Of a DNA stretch of 64,000 bases, positions 44,220-56,785 are shown piece by piece (position 1 is the stretch's first letter; each line of letters begins with the position of its first letter). The position numbers and the translations under genes were made by a program. The stretch comes from Ramazzottius varieornatus (Eukaryota > Animalia > Tardigrada): positions 1,209,481 through 1,273,480 of the forward strand of contig BDGG01000002.1 in NCBI GenBank assembly GCA_001949185.1, in the 5' to 3' direction. The notes under the pieces were generated by a model. That model saw only the letters and a list, made by a program, of their open reading frames with translations. It searched no databases and was not told where the DNA came from.

Positions 44220-45090
44220 TACGATAATTCCATTCAAATACGGAGAAAAATTTTGAGAGAACTGGACAATTTAAAATTTCGTGAAACGATGTGTCATCTA
44301 ATCACCCCACTTTTCATCCACGAGTGGCTGGAAATTTATCCTGATATCCGCTTGTCTACTTCTCTACTTCTCTAGCTTGGAGGCTGGAAAATTAGATAAT
44401 TTTGAGTTTCATCTTCGTCGTTTTATCTTTTCAGTTGCACGTTCTTAAATTCGTGTTTCTCTCCTACGTCTTTCCATCTTCGATCATGTCTGTACCGCAG
44501 AGTATGATACCTTCGCGTCTAAAAGAAGGTCTGACATTCCTTGCGCTGGAAGCAGCAAAACACACTTTGTGGCGGCTGATCATCCGCAGCAGCGTCTCGA
44601 AAGCATCTCTTGACATCCGTACTTCTTGCCGCCGTCTGTCTTTATTTCAGCCTTGGCAGAATGTTGCTGAGGAAGTCCTTACTTTTCGAAACTTCCGTCC
44701 AAGGCTGTAGATGCCGCGTGGACGACAGTAGAATGCGAGGCGACGTAAGATCTAACACATCCTCCGCATTTGGTAGTTCCTCGTAGCTATCGCATAACAA
44801 AGGCATGGTCTCTTCAGCTACGATCAGGGTTGCCAGGTCTTTCATAACACGTTGTTCCTCTTTTTGGGAAAAAAATGATCTTACTTGCGATAAGAGCGGA
44901 ACAACTGAGACGAGCGATCGCTCGAAAACAAATACTGATAGCTGTAGGTTCAGAAATATCTGATGCATTCAGCTACCACAGAAGAGGAGAAATGATTGAT
45001 TGGTCGATCGCATATGAGGGAGGGGCAATCAACTTTTCAACTTCTCTTCTCCCAAAAATTTGCCCCATATTTGAATGGAACTAATGTAGT
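44220..45090 (-). mobile_element. Internally deleted PIF/Harbinger-like element
   Basis: Imperfect TIR TTCCATTCAAATACGG..TTTTGAGAG / CTCCCAAAA..CCATATTTGAATGGAA. The minus strand encodes SKDFLSNILPRL..RQEVRMSRDAFETLLRMISRH, resembling the Harbinger transposase N-terminal FRMS..F..LL motif. Confidence 0.5.
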
Positions 45091-46294
45091 CTGAGTTTTA
45101 CATTCAAGCGGGTTTCTCAAGGAATATGTGAAACAATATCGTAGAAAAATATTCGTTCTGGTTAAGTCAAAGTTGTGGTCATGTGTGAAAACTTTTGGTA
45201 CACGCACGATGGGTAATTATCGGACAGTAAAAAATATGAGACAGGCGGAAACGATGGCAAAACGGAAAATCAACCGTAGAAAAGTGTCGAAAAGTGCAGT
45301 GGGATGCTTCTTGAACTTCGCGAACGCGAAGAGTTTACGGGGATGGTGACGCATACAGTACACGCTTACTGTGACGCAGTTCACGAAATTGAAGAAGCAT
45401 TACAGTATTACTGTGGATCGGAAATCAACTAATTATATCATGCCGCGTTGTGTTCGGCTTACCTCATTTTTATTCGATAGCCACACTTCCTTCCTTCACT
45501 ATCTTCACATGTCAGGTCGTTATAGGTCAGATTATTGCCTCTTATGTCAAGGGGCGGGTGGAGGAAAGTGATTGTGACAAAACCAAAGACCCAGAATGCA
45601 CTGCCGATGTTCGCTACCGTGGTTTCAAGCATATGTGTCAGTTACCCCTGTGTAATAAGTTGCCGCGTCTGGACATCCCAGCCTATCGATTTGATGCGTT
45701 CAATTCAACCGGGAACGAGACGATCGGCTGCTATTTGGGAACAAGTCCCTGTCCTACAGACGGCACCCCGTCGACCACGACCACAGCAGCAACAACAAGT
45801 TCGCTGTTGACGGCCTCCTTGACTTCCACCACAAGTACTGCTGCTACGTTCCCCATTACTTCGGTAACCGTTTTGGCAACCACACTCTGCGGCAATTTGC
45901 AATCGCATTCAGTGCTGTAACTACTTCGCGATCTTTATTCAAACCATCCTACACTGTCATCGCCGCAGCACAAGAGATTGGTCAGAAGCGACCTTCTGAA
46001 TATGTTGAGCACTTGAATGATTTAATCTTTCCAAATAATATGACGATATGATAATGCTTCACTATTTTATCGAAACGACTGGACGGTGCAGACCGGAAGT
46101 TGCGCTTTACTGAGTTTATGAAATGTTTTCGAAGCAGTCTATGCTTTTTTGACGTTGTAGGTTATCAACATGTGTTTTCATGCCTGGTACCGGTTATGAC
46201 ACATGCCCAGTGCTGTGCACAGAATATCAAGGAAGTAAGTGGGCGGGCTTAGCGCCCCGTGCAGGCCATGGATGTCTTTGACGTTCAACAATTA

Positions 46295-47385
46295 CTGTGC
46301 GGCCCCCGCCAAGTTTGTGCAACTCAATTATAGGTCTTGTGAAAAATTCAGATCAAATTTTTCCCCCGAATCATTTTTCCTCCTAGCTTATGCCGCCTTT
46401 TTTGAGATGGGGGTTGCGTTTCCGTCGGGAACGGTCGTTTCGCAAACTCGATTTGAGCTGTTGGCGGTAACGAGAGTTCCCAACCATGAACCAATAATTT
46501 TCTACAGGTCTCCACGGTGAATCTCCAGAGACCAAATTGGCCGCAAATGATTAGCAAGAGTTTAGGATGTCTGATGAGACTGAACAGAATAATTTACTAT
46601 TCAATTTCGAAAGGCAACCGAACGTTTTGTCCAAAATTTTCGGGTTTAGCGGGAAACCATGATTATTTCAAAAATTTGGTTTCGGCGTAGAAATCGTGAG
46701 TGGACCTGAAACTGTGACTAGTCAGAAAGCCAGATAAGTTTACTTGCATCTGAACTGATTTTGAACGAAATACCTTTGGCCGAAGGACAGGAGCGATTTT
46801 TCGAAACTGCACGAACACTCGAAAAAGTTGTCAAAACTGACAAGTTCGACGCGGAGAGAACTATTCGGGAAAACGTCTTAGGCATCCTTCCACCCAAGCT
46901 CTATTTTCTAGTGATGACCAAGATGTTGTTCTGATATTGCAACCATCTGGTTTTACGGTAGAATGTCCCTGTACTTGCGTAGGTGTATGCGCATCGAAAT
47001 CTTCCCCTTTTTCCGACTTTAGATTTTGAAAAATCAGGGCTTAAGTATGATTAGTTCGATTGAATCACACAACAAGATTCTGGAAGGAGAAACATCGTAC
47101 TCGAAGAGCAAATGTTTTGGGACCACAAAACAAGACTCGGATGGGAAACGAATTTTTCATGAGGATGGGTACGGATGAATCTCATTCCGAGCGCCTGTGG
47201 TCGATCCCTCTCCGCGGTTGACGTTGAGTTTTGGTCGAAGACTTTTCCTTTCCTAGAAAGAATTTCCGGCTAAAAGTTAGCGCAGGGCATGTGTTATCAC
47301 AGAATAATGCAGCGAGAAAGATACGTGCTCACTGTCAGGAACCCAATTGTTTTTTAAAACTTGCACTAACTTGGCGCTGCCACTG
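46295..47385. mobile_element. Decayed Tc1/mariner-type non-autonomous element
   Basis: TA|CTGTG..CGCCAAGTTTGTGCAA at the left and TTGCACTAACTTGGCG..CACTG|TA at the right. Confidence 0.5.
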
Positions 47386-47728
47386 TAAATCTGCCGCTGA
47401 TTGAAAGCCACAAAACTACCTTGCACGACGAGGGGACGCTATATCTAGCTGTCCCTGGCTCGATGCTAGAGGGGACGGGTGTCACCGCAGCAGGCTGGGG
47501 TTAACTTCAGGTTTAATCAAGAGCCCAACTCGAGACAATAAAACTTTTGTTCATAGTTTGGTCTGTTTTATCCATGAGTGTATGTTTGCGGTCACGTGAC
47601 CTCTGGCTCTCGTTCCCTATGGGGAATTCGGGAACGATCCAAGCAAGTGTTTTGTTCAGAACGAAATTTTGAGCAGATCTAACCGATTCGTTTTGGATGG
47701 ATGCGTGGACCACAAATAATCTCCCGTA

Positions 47729-50287
47729 CACGCGGCTGGCCTAATTGTAGGGATGGACAAAATTATAGGGAGCGCAAGCTGGCGACAATTTAACGCAAAG
47801 AATGTTATAATGGAACAGAAACTGGCCATGTGACGTCAGGAAGTGAATATTTCGCAGTGCGCTTTTTTCGTACGGTATCATTCCAAGTTCTGTGTTCTTT
47901 CATGAGTTGGTTTTCCAATCTCGAGAAACTATACCTTGTAAAATGGCCTCAAGAGCAAGAGGCGCCGAAGGTATACCGTGGAAAGTTTGAAAGATGCAAC
48001 TCGCGCAGTGGCAAACGGGATGTCAGTTCGGAAAGCTTCGCTAACGTTTCGCGTTCCTCAGATGACTATCGTCCGCTACGAGAAATCCCCAACAGCTCAG
48101 AAGATTGGGCGAAAGACGAAGCTGGATACAACAGAAGAGGCTTTACTGGTGGACATGTTGATCGCGTTTGGAAACAGCGGATTCCCGATGAACAAACACG
48201 ATCTCCGTTCTTTTGTGGATGAAATAAGCTTCGGCAAAGGTACTGTAAGGCCAGTTAACTTGGCGAATGATGTCATTGTAAGCGTGTACCGTATGCGCCA
48301 TCATACCCGTAAACTCTGCGCCAACTGTGACGTCATTCATCAAGTTCGTGAAGCATGACAGTACATTTTCGTTTCTGAAAACTGTTCAGTGAAACTAATT
48401 GCTCCTTTCTTCTCAGGTATCGGTACATTCTTTAGTGAGGAGTGGCACCGTCGGTGCATGCGTGACAATGAGAAACAGATTTCCCTTCGTATGGGATCCA
48501 ATGTTGATCGGAAGAAGGCGCGGGAATGGACTCCTGAATGTGCCGAAGACTGGATCAGCCTGTTAGCTAAACTTGAAAGCGAAGGATACCTCTCGGACCC
48601 TGCTGCTAGAATAAACTTCGATGAATAAGGCTTCATGTTGGGTTTTGAGAAGGAGGAAGTCTACGCCGCAAGAGGTGTGAAGCATGTCCCTTCTTACACC
48701 GACGGAACTACTCGGGACGCTGTCAGCACTTTGTTTTGCGGAGATGCAGCCGGAAAAATGTACAAGCCATTGGTCCTGTTCGACGGCATTATGCACCTGA
48801 AAAGCATGTTCGATAATACCGATGGCAAATTGTACATCGCAGTGAACGGTTCGGGGGTATGGACTGCGATGTCATAACGGATCACTTCCGGAAGGTTATC
48901 TTGCCGAATGCGCTCCAAAAGGTATCACGTTTTTTACGCTATCAAATGTGTGGATGATAGGTGTCTGACGCTTGTTACTGTGATGTGAGCTATGATTTTA
49001 ACTGTGATCTGCGTTTGCTATCTTGTAGTGCGTCGTTCTTTGCGATGGACATTACAGTCATGTCAACAACGCTCAGCTTTTCAAACTATGCAGAGACTCC
49101 GGGAAAGACATCAAACTCATCTGTCTTCCTGCGGGACAAACGGATAAATTGCAGCCGTTGCATAACTGCACGTTCGGATGTATGAAGGTGAAGTGGACTA
49201 ACTATAAGGCGTCCAAACGCCTTGATTCTTCGTTCGAGGTAAAGAGCATTGCCTGAAGTTCTTATTAATTAACTTTGCTCTCTGGAAATTTATGTTACTC
49301 TTCAGATAACTCGCAACACCTTTGCTGGGCACTTGGCATTGCACTGCACCCCAGAAGCTTCCAGATTCTCTTTCGAGTTCGAAGCACCACTGAAGAGCGG
49401 CTTCAAGAATACTGGCATACTCCCTTTTTCACCCGAGAGGATTCGTGCAACTGTCGACAAGGAGTTAGCAGCTCAAGACGCACCCGTATTGCCCGTGCTG
49501 ACTAAGGAAAGTTCGCCGATGAAGGACGTGTCCAAGATTCTTCGTTCTATAGTTTCTGGGGATGAAGATAAAATTAATGCGAGTATTGAATCCATCGCAA
49601 GCATCTATGGCGGTCACAAGTCAGTTGCGGAGACCGTAGTAGCTGCAGCAGGTAAAGCTTTCTCATTTTCGAAGCCGAAAGAACAGAAGAAACCGAAGGA
49701 TCAGAGACTTGCTCTTGAGAGAGGCAGAAACGTTCTCGACACTGAGTACGTCGCAGCAATTAAGAACGAAATCGGGCACGACAGGCTCTGAAGGATGCAA
49801 AGAAGAGCAAAGCTTCGGAAATTGCAGGTGAAGTGCCGAAAAATCGTGGAAGACCGAAGACTGTCCAGATCGAACTGCCAGTGGCCGTTAGTAAAAGGAC
49901 AAGATCGAAGTCTGCCAAAGCAGATTTACCCGTCGCTTCGAAGAAAGGCAGGTCGAAGAAGGTCAAAAACTGATATCGTTCCGTGGTCGGACAAGTGTAG
50001 TTCCTTTTTCTACCTCAAATATCAGGAAAAAGTTAGCTGACTGTTGTCGCAGTTGGAGAACTGGGTTATGCTATTTCCTGTTCATCTTAATGCTTTGTCG
50101 GGGTTTGCCGGTTCCAGTTGATCCGCTGGATCGCATTAGAAGCTTTAATAAAATCAGATGCAAAGCGGCAATGTATGGTGAAAGCCAGTTCTGTTTCAAT
50201 CGTAAGCGAACACAGCTGGCGGAGCCGCTGTTTCGGAAATGACTTCCCCATAATTTTGTCCATCCCCACAATTAGGCCAGCCGCGTG
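47729..50287 (+). mobile_element. Full-length pogo-type DNA transposon (2.56 kb) with a disrupted, intron-containing transposase
   Basis: TA TSD and ~43-bp TIR CACGCGGCTGGCCTAATTGTRGGGATGGACAAAATTATRGGGA. HTH-psq-like MSVRKASLTFRVPQMTI, CENP-B-type helix, INFDE*GF (in-frame stop), LCDGHYSH, LPAGQTDKLQPL and LKSGFKNTGILPFSP. Confidence 0.93.
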
Positions 50288-52289
50288 TACATTCTTAAGC
50301 CTTAAAGTTCTGCCACCTCGCCACCCCCCCCCCCCCCGTATTCTACAGAATCATACCGTGCGCCCAGTCCATTCCCGGACCAAAATGCATATTCAGAAAT
50401 CATCAAAATCTTAGCAGTAGGCCGCAAAGGCCTACTCAAAGTCACAGCGGAAATCTAGTTTCAACAAGCAGCGGATGCTGAATAGGATGAACTTTTCGAA
50501 TACGGAGAGGCCAGTCAGGTTCAGCACTCAACCTCCTTTGCGACCTGCACGTGGTTGAGATTCATTTCATTTGGATTTTTGAGATTTGGTTTGGCTCTCC
50601 CTTTTTTTCGCCGTTCACAACGGTCCTTGCTTTCCTTAACTTTGTTGGACACGATGTGCTACTTCGACACAACCAGCCATCGATGGCTGAGAACTTCATT
50701 CATGCTTTACCCTGGATGCTCGGGTGCTTCGAAGGATGCGCTGCTGTAGAAGCTGTCGCTGAAATATCAGAGGTACGTGTGACACTGGGAATATAGGATC
50801 ACGGCTTTTGCGGGACAGTCCCTACTTAGCCGAGTAGACGTACGCACACATCAGAACCATGAAAGATGATGCTTCAAGGTAAGTTTTGCTTCGAGGCTGA
50901 AGTACGCAATTTTACAGAGGTGCGCAAGTTGAACGCGGTTGGCTTTGGTTTGGCAGGTGGCTCATGCTGTTTCGTTACCCTTCCGGCGTCTACCTACCAT
51001 TCCACTGACTGATAGGAGCACCTGGGGATGTCTGCTGCCTGCATAGTGAGGAATTCTTTGCAGATACGACTGACTGTTCGAAAATCGACAGAAGGTTAAA
51101 TCTTCCATTCCATGGATCGGCCTTGCATGCATTGTTTAGACCAGTCCCTGGCCGTAGGAAGTGGCATCAAGAGCTCCCGTGATGATAACCACAACACTGC
51201 ACCATGTTCTGCAGCGCAAAACTGCAGGGGCGCAGTTGAGCGGTCCACTTCCTACGTCCAGGGGCTGGTCTGAACGATTTACACAAGGCCGATCTGTCTG
51301 CCATTTCGGTAACCGGGTCTTTGATCAACAATCAACGGTTACTGCCACATGTACCTGCGAAAGCCATAGCAGCGACCCATGTGCCGTTATCCATTGAATG
51401 TTGATTTGCGAAATTCAGCACTGTCGGTACAGCCCTGTTGGTGGCCCCAGTGACTAGGACTATGCTTGCTCCCGACACAGAATTGTTCCGTGCATAACCG
51501 ACGAGACAAGGCCGTGCTCGTGCACAGCCTTGTTTGATGTCAGTTGATGATTCCATGCATTAGTTTCTGACCGTGTTCTAGGTGCGGTAAAATCACTAGC
51601 AGGAAGACTGCACGATGCCGGACTGTCCCTTTTGGCCAACTTTATGGTAAATTTGAAACCATTTTATTGACCTCTGAGATTTATCCTAAAGATTCAAGTT
51701 GCGCCTTAACCAACCTCCCTGTTCTTTTTCTAGTGTATTCTAGTGCCGAAGCTCCCGTTGCTGTTCCTGCTGTGGATACCTAAAGAATAATACGGGTCTG
51801 TCCCTCTTGAGTGAATTTTCCGGTACGCAGTTCTTTTCCCAAGCTTTCACTTTCGCTTGCATTTAATTTCATGTGCATAATCTTGCAAGCAGTTCCGCAG
51901 ATGCCGACCGATGGCCCAACGGCATACCGGAGTGATGTCGCAACCCTTCGACTACCAGCAAAGCCTCCTTTCTTCTTTCTGGCGGGAAATTGTTAGTCTT
52001 TTGTAGGTCTTGAGCCTTTGAAGCAGTTTACTCTCTCTGATCTTCTTTTGAGTTTTTACAGCTTTCGATGGGCGGAAAACAAACATTTAGATTTTCTAAA
52101 AACTTCGAACTTCACCTACTGATAACTTCGGTTTCCCAGATCTTAAAAGTTCGAATTTCGGAGCAGTAAAGATCACCACCAGCATCCAGAAATTCAGTCT
52201 TGAGAACTTCACGAACGACGAAATTTTCCCGCAACATATTTTACGGAAAATTTTCACAGGAGTCCTCCTTAATTTCTCGGGAATCCGGT

Positions 52290-53084
52290 CAGTGTTGTTT
52301 CGATCAATACAATTGATAATTGAAAATGGCCGAAAACGAGGGTTTTGGAATTCCAATACGACAATTTCAAATTGAAAATTGCAGGCTGGACAATTTTGAT
52401 ATTAATTAGAACTGTAGTGGAATTCGGAAAACAGAACAAAATTATAATTGGTAATCGAAATACAGAATGTAGCAATTCAAATTATTGAATTTGCGCAAAA
52501 CAGCGTGGTAAAGCGCACGTAGGTGCATCAAGTGTCGGAGTTTCTAGGCGTGTTTGACGCTTAATTGGCCGAATGTGTGTGCGTATGTGCATGTCGCACG
52601 ATGGCGAATGACACGATGCTTAGTACTGCGTAGCTTCCTGAACCACGCGCGGTGCTTCAAAGTACAAGCGAAGTTGAACCCCGGTCCCAATACTTTTCTC
52701 TACTAACCCCTAAGGGATGTTTCGCGGTTATGGTGGCATACGCGCGAGACTTTCAGAAGCATGACAATCGGGTTGACGTCAGCGCATCCGTACACAGTGC
52801 CTTGGCAGTACCATGCTTTGTGCTAAACATCTGACGGGCATTCTACGCGCATGAAACGAGAGGTTTGCGGTACGTTACAGTACGTATGAATGATATTATT
52901 AGAATGACGAAAATGAACTAATATTAAAATAACATCAAATGCTGTCGCGAGCTGAATTCCAATTAATTGTAATTACTAATTCAGCTGGATTGAATCTCAC
53001 ATGATTGAGATAGCTGTGGCCCGAGGTATTCCAAGTAATCGTAATTGCAAGGAGAATCAAAAAAGTCCTATTGAAACAGCACTG
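52290..53084 (+). mobile_element. ~800-bp hAT-type non-autonomous element, copy 1
   Basis: CAGTGTTGTTTC / GAAACAGCACTG termini. Homologous over its length to the reverse complement of 54459-55258. Confidence 0.75.
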
Positions 53085-53264
53085 ATGGCGGTTAGGGATC
53101 GGGATCGGGATCGCGACCAGCACCAGCAACGGGTACATGTCCAAGCTTCAGATCGTCAACGCATGGTCACGAACGGGGGTACCGGATTGTGAGACGAGAA
53201 CTGTGCAACCCTGACCCAGAGCAACGCTCTAGCATTAGCGGCTTCCTAGCACACTGGGATAAAA

Positions 53265-53578
53265 TTAGCTAGTGGTCCCGACCACTGGGAGGGCCGAGCG
53301 AGTGCGACCGAACACCGAGAAAACCAACATGTTATGCAACACCCCCTTCCTCCACTCACACCATTGCGGAGACAAAGACGAGTCGGCTGAACGCTGCAGA
53401 CGTGTTCTCGGTAACGGACTGAATAGGGTTTTCGATCTACAAACCAAAATTTCGAGCACTCCGATCAAGTAGCGCATTATTTCACACTGCAGAGTTTGAA
53501 ATTTCAGCAAGCTTCATCTTTGGCGACATCCATTGAAATCATGACAAACTCAAAAGGGCCTCGCTTCGATCGGCCTGA
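53265..53578 (-). mobile_element. 314-bp non-autonomous Helitron-type element
   Basis: 5'-TC, 3' hairpin AGTGGTCGGGACCACT then CTAA, inserted between A and T. Near-identical to 56178-56491. Confidence 0.8.
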
Positions 53579-54458
53579 TTCTCAGATGCCTGTAACAATC
53601 TCGCTCGCTCGGCCGTTCCAGTGGTCAGGAGTCCTGATATATCATATATCATATTTATCCCAGCACTAGTCAGGACCACTTGCTTGTGCTGGTTCAGGTC
53701 GAAAATCTGATGGACTTGCAGAAGAGACAAGATCGGAATTCAAGTGGGGCACAGTGAATCAGGCGTGTCCCGTGGATCACTTGGCGCGCCAGGTCCAATT
53801 CGCTGGTTGCTCTGATTCCACCAAAATTTCGAATTTCGTACAAACAGGTCAACAGTACAGTTAACTCGGCCTGCACAAAAGCTCAAATTCTGTGCAGCGA
53901 TATCAGGCAAAACAAAAGCTTCGTGGATTGCTCCATGGCATAAAACCTGTACGGGCACGAAGGGGAAGTTTGGAGCATGTTAAAAGTTTGGACCATACAA
54001 TTGCGAAACAGCTGGACGGAAATACGTGCGTACGAGTGCTGTTCACACAAATGCACTTTCTGGCAATTTTCTATGGTTTAATCCGTCTTTTCCGTCTGAT
54101 CCAAACTCCCCCTTCGTGCTTGTACGTATGCTGTGCAAGGCGGCAATATGACTTGCACGCAGGTCCAGGAACGGCTGGCTGTATCGGTTGGTGCACCAAC
54201 CCATTTCGGATGCTTGTTTCTCATCGGAGTAATATGCAGTACACGCACGACGAGAAAATATGGGCCAGTAAGAATTATGGACCAGGCGGAAAAGACGGCA
54301 AAATGGGAATCCAACCGTAGAAAAGTGACAGAAAGCACATCAATGTGAATGCGTCGCGTGCTTACGTTCTTCCGTACTGCCATAGCGAAAAGGCCTAGTC
54401 CATAATTTTCACTGGCCCATAATTTTTCGTCGTCCGTGCCCAGCTTGCGAGTTTTAAG

Positions 54459-55258
54459 CAGTGTTGCTCTAATATGAATTTTTCGATTCTAATTGCATTC
54501 ACGATTAATCAGAATACTTCGGGCGGCAGCAATTTCAATTATCTGAGACTCTGCTCAGCTGAATTAGCAATTACAATTAGCCAGAATTCAGCTTGCATCA
54601 GCAATTTAAATTATTTCAATTGTTGTGGTTCATTTTTTGGATCTGGATATTCCCCAAATACCGTGTTTTAATGCGACTTAAGCCTATCGTTTCATAAGCG
54701 TGGAATGGATGTTGGATGTTTAGCTCAAAACATGTTGTACTCAAGGCATTAAACACGAATGCGCTGATGGAAGCAAGTATTGTAATGCTTCCTGGAGCCG
54801 TGCGCGTACATCGTCACGGGAAACATCCCTCCAGAGGTCGGTAGGGAAAAATACCGGGACCGGGCTTGAACTTCGCGCTTACATCGCTGCACCGCGCATG
54901 ATCCGCAAATCAACACTGTAAGCCTCGTGCCTTTCTCCTTCGTGCGACATGCACATGCGCATAGCCGGCATAGGTGTTCGCCCAATCGAGCGCTAAAGAC
55001 ACCCAGAAACTCCGATACTTGGGACACCCACGTGCGTTTTACCGCGCTGTAGGGCGCAAATCCAATATTCTGAATAGCCACATTCTGTATTTCGATTACC
55101 AATTATAAATTCTTCCGTTTTCAGAATTCTAATACAATTCTAATTTATATCGGAATTACCCAGCTTGGGATTCCCAGTTTCAATTGTCCTATTGGAATTC
55201 AAAAACGGTCGTTTTCGGCCATTTTCAATTATCAATTGTAATGGTCGGAGCAACACTG
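54459..55258 (-). mobile_element. ~800-bp hAT-type non-autonomous element, copy 2
   Basis: 11-bp TIR CAGTGTTGCTC/GAGCAACACTG and 8-bp TSD GTTTTAAG/GTTTTAGG (7 of 8 match). Confidence 0.82.
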
Positions 55259-55630
55259 GTTTTAGGGGTGGTTTGCGTTCAATGGAGACAATGGGGGTAG
55301 CCAACAGCGAGAAGGATTGCACGGGTCATAGCAGTCAAGGGTCGACTTCATTAACACTGTAGTGTTTATGCACAGATTGTGTCCGATTGAAATCCGTGGC
55401 ATGGAAACACTGATACCACCATATCACAATGCGAAAATTTTATTGTTATTCAAACAGTTCCAGACTAAGTGAGTTTTGCGTTCAGTCACCGTGCTGACCA
55501 CATTCAACTCTCACACATACTTGGTCGAGTTGGTCGTTTATGGAGTGGTGCAACCATCGAATATTCTTTTGCCGCACTTTGGTTGTGTAGCATGAGTTGA
55601 GCCAATAAATTGTATCTTCCGCAGGGCGAA

Positions 55631-56785
55631 ATGGGTCGTTGTGAGTTCAGTGTACACGATAGTATCGGAGTCTTGGTGAAATGCCCCATTCTGCTTACCG
55701 TTATCTTAACCGCGTGTGTGGCGGAATCAACTTCTGCGCATGTAGAAGATTTTGAATGTTTAATATGTGAATCTGGCAGCGGAATAAGTGAGAAATGTCT
55801 GGACCCCATACGACCTCACTTTGACGATTACCGGAAGTGTTCCACCGGTCATTGCTTCGTGCGTCATACTGGATCAGGTAAGTTCGCCGATCTGTACGAG
55901 TCGAGCTAGACTTGTTCTTGGGCTCCCACGAATGATAGTATAAACTAGTACGCAGTTAAGCTAACGTGTTGTTACAGCGAGATCAGTGGATCGGGGCTGC
56001 CTTGACATATTGTCGGATGACGAACAGACGCATTGTGCAACTTTGGAATCGTCGCTGAAGAACCAGTCTGTACTAAACGCAGGCGTCGGCACTGATGAAT
56101 GCTGGGTCTGCGGGGCCACCAAGTGCAATGTCGTACCACTGCGACTGACGGTAAGCAGTAATGATATCCACTTTTCATCAGGCCGATCGAAGCGAGGCCC
56201 TTTTGAGTTTGTCATGATTTCAATGGATGTCGCCAAAGATGAAGCTTGCTGAAATTTCAAACTCTGCAGTGTGAAATAATGCGCTACTTGATCGGAGTGC
56301 TCGAAATTTTGGTTTGTAGATCGAAAACCCTATTCAGTCCGTTACCGAGAACACGTCTGCAGCGTTCAGCCGACTCGTCTTTGTCTCCGCAATGGTGTGA
56401 GTGGAGGAAGGGGGTGTTGCATAACATGTTGGTTTTCTCGGTGTTCGGTCGCACTCGCTCGGCCCTCCCAGTGGTCAGGACCAGTTGCTAGTTCTACCAC
56501 TTTGCTAGCGCTTTCTCTTGATCAGCAAGGACCGTTCTATTTTGGTTAATAGAATAACGTCTCGTTTTGCAGGAGAAAACAATGTCATGGATAATATTCG
56601 TGGGCGCTGCTATTGGATGCGTTTCAGGGACTATTTTCATTTCGGCTCTTCTATGGTATTGTCGATGGTTGTACCAGGGAGGAAAGGTGTCAGTCGACCT
56701 GAGTGGCCCGCAGATATACGTGATCAGGAACGAAAATTCTCTATGGGACTTCGTGGACCGTATTTCTAATCTTGGGCGAAAATAA
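55631..56785 (+). CDS. Ly6/uPAR three-finger-domain type I membrane protein; exons 55631-55877, 55978-56150, 56573-56785
   Basis: Hydrophobic leader, ten-Cys CLIC..C..C..C..RGC..C..CWVC..KCN, TM WIIFVGAAIGCVSGTIFISALLWYC and a short tail. All introns are GT-AG and in phase. Confidence 0.8.
56178..56491 (+). mobile_element. 314-bp non-autonomous Helitron-type element (intronic)
   Basis: A|TCAGGCCGATCGAAGCGAGGCCC ... CCAGTGGTCAGGACCAGTTGCTAG|T. Confidence 0.82.

Larger units (their letters stand above)
40413..45920 (+). pseudogene. Ly6/uPAR (three-finger)-like secreted or GPI protein, apparently frameshifted; exons 40413-40704, 40773-40815, 45526-45920
   Basis: Signal peptide, CYRC..C..C..C, RPLC, then C..C..MCQLPLCN and a Ser/Thr stalk. 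The phase-compatible join reaches TGA at 45569 unless there is a 1-nt frameshift. Linking exon 2 to exon 3 is inference. Confidence 0.45.

Noticed and set aside
53095-53130. GGGATC x3 microrepeat (RDRDRD ORF)
   Set aside because: Too short; a simple repeat next to a transposon end.
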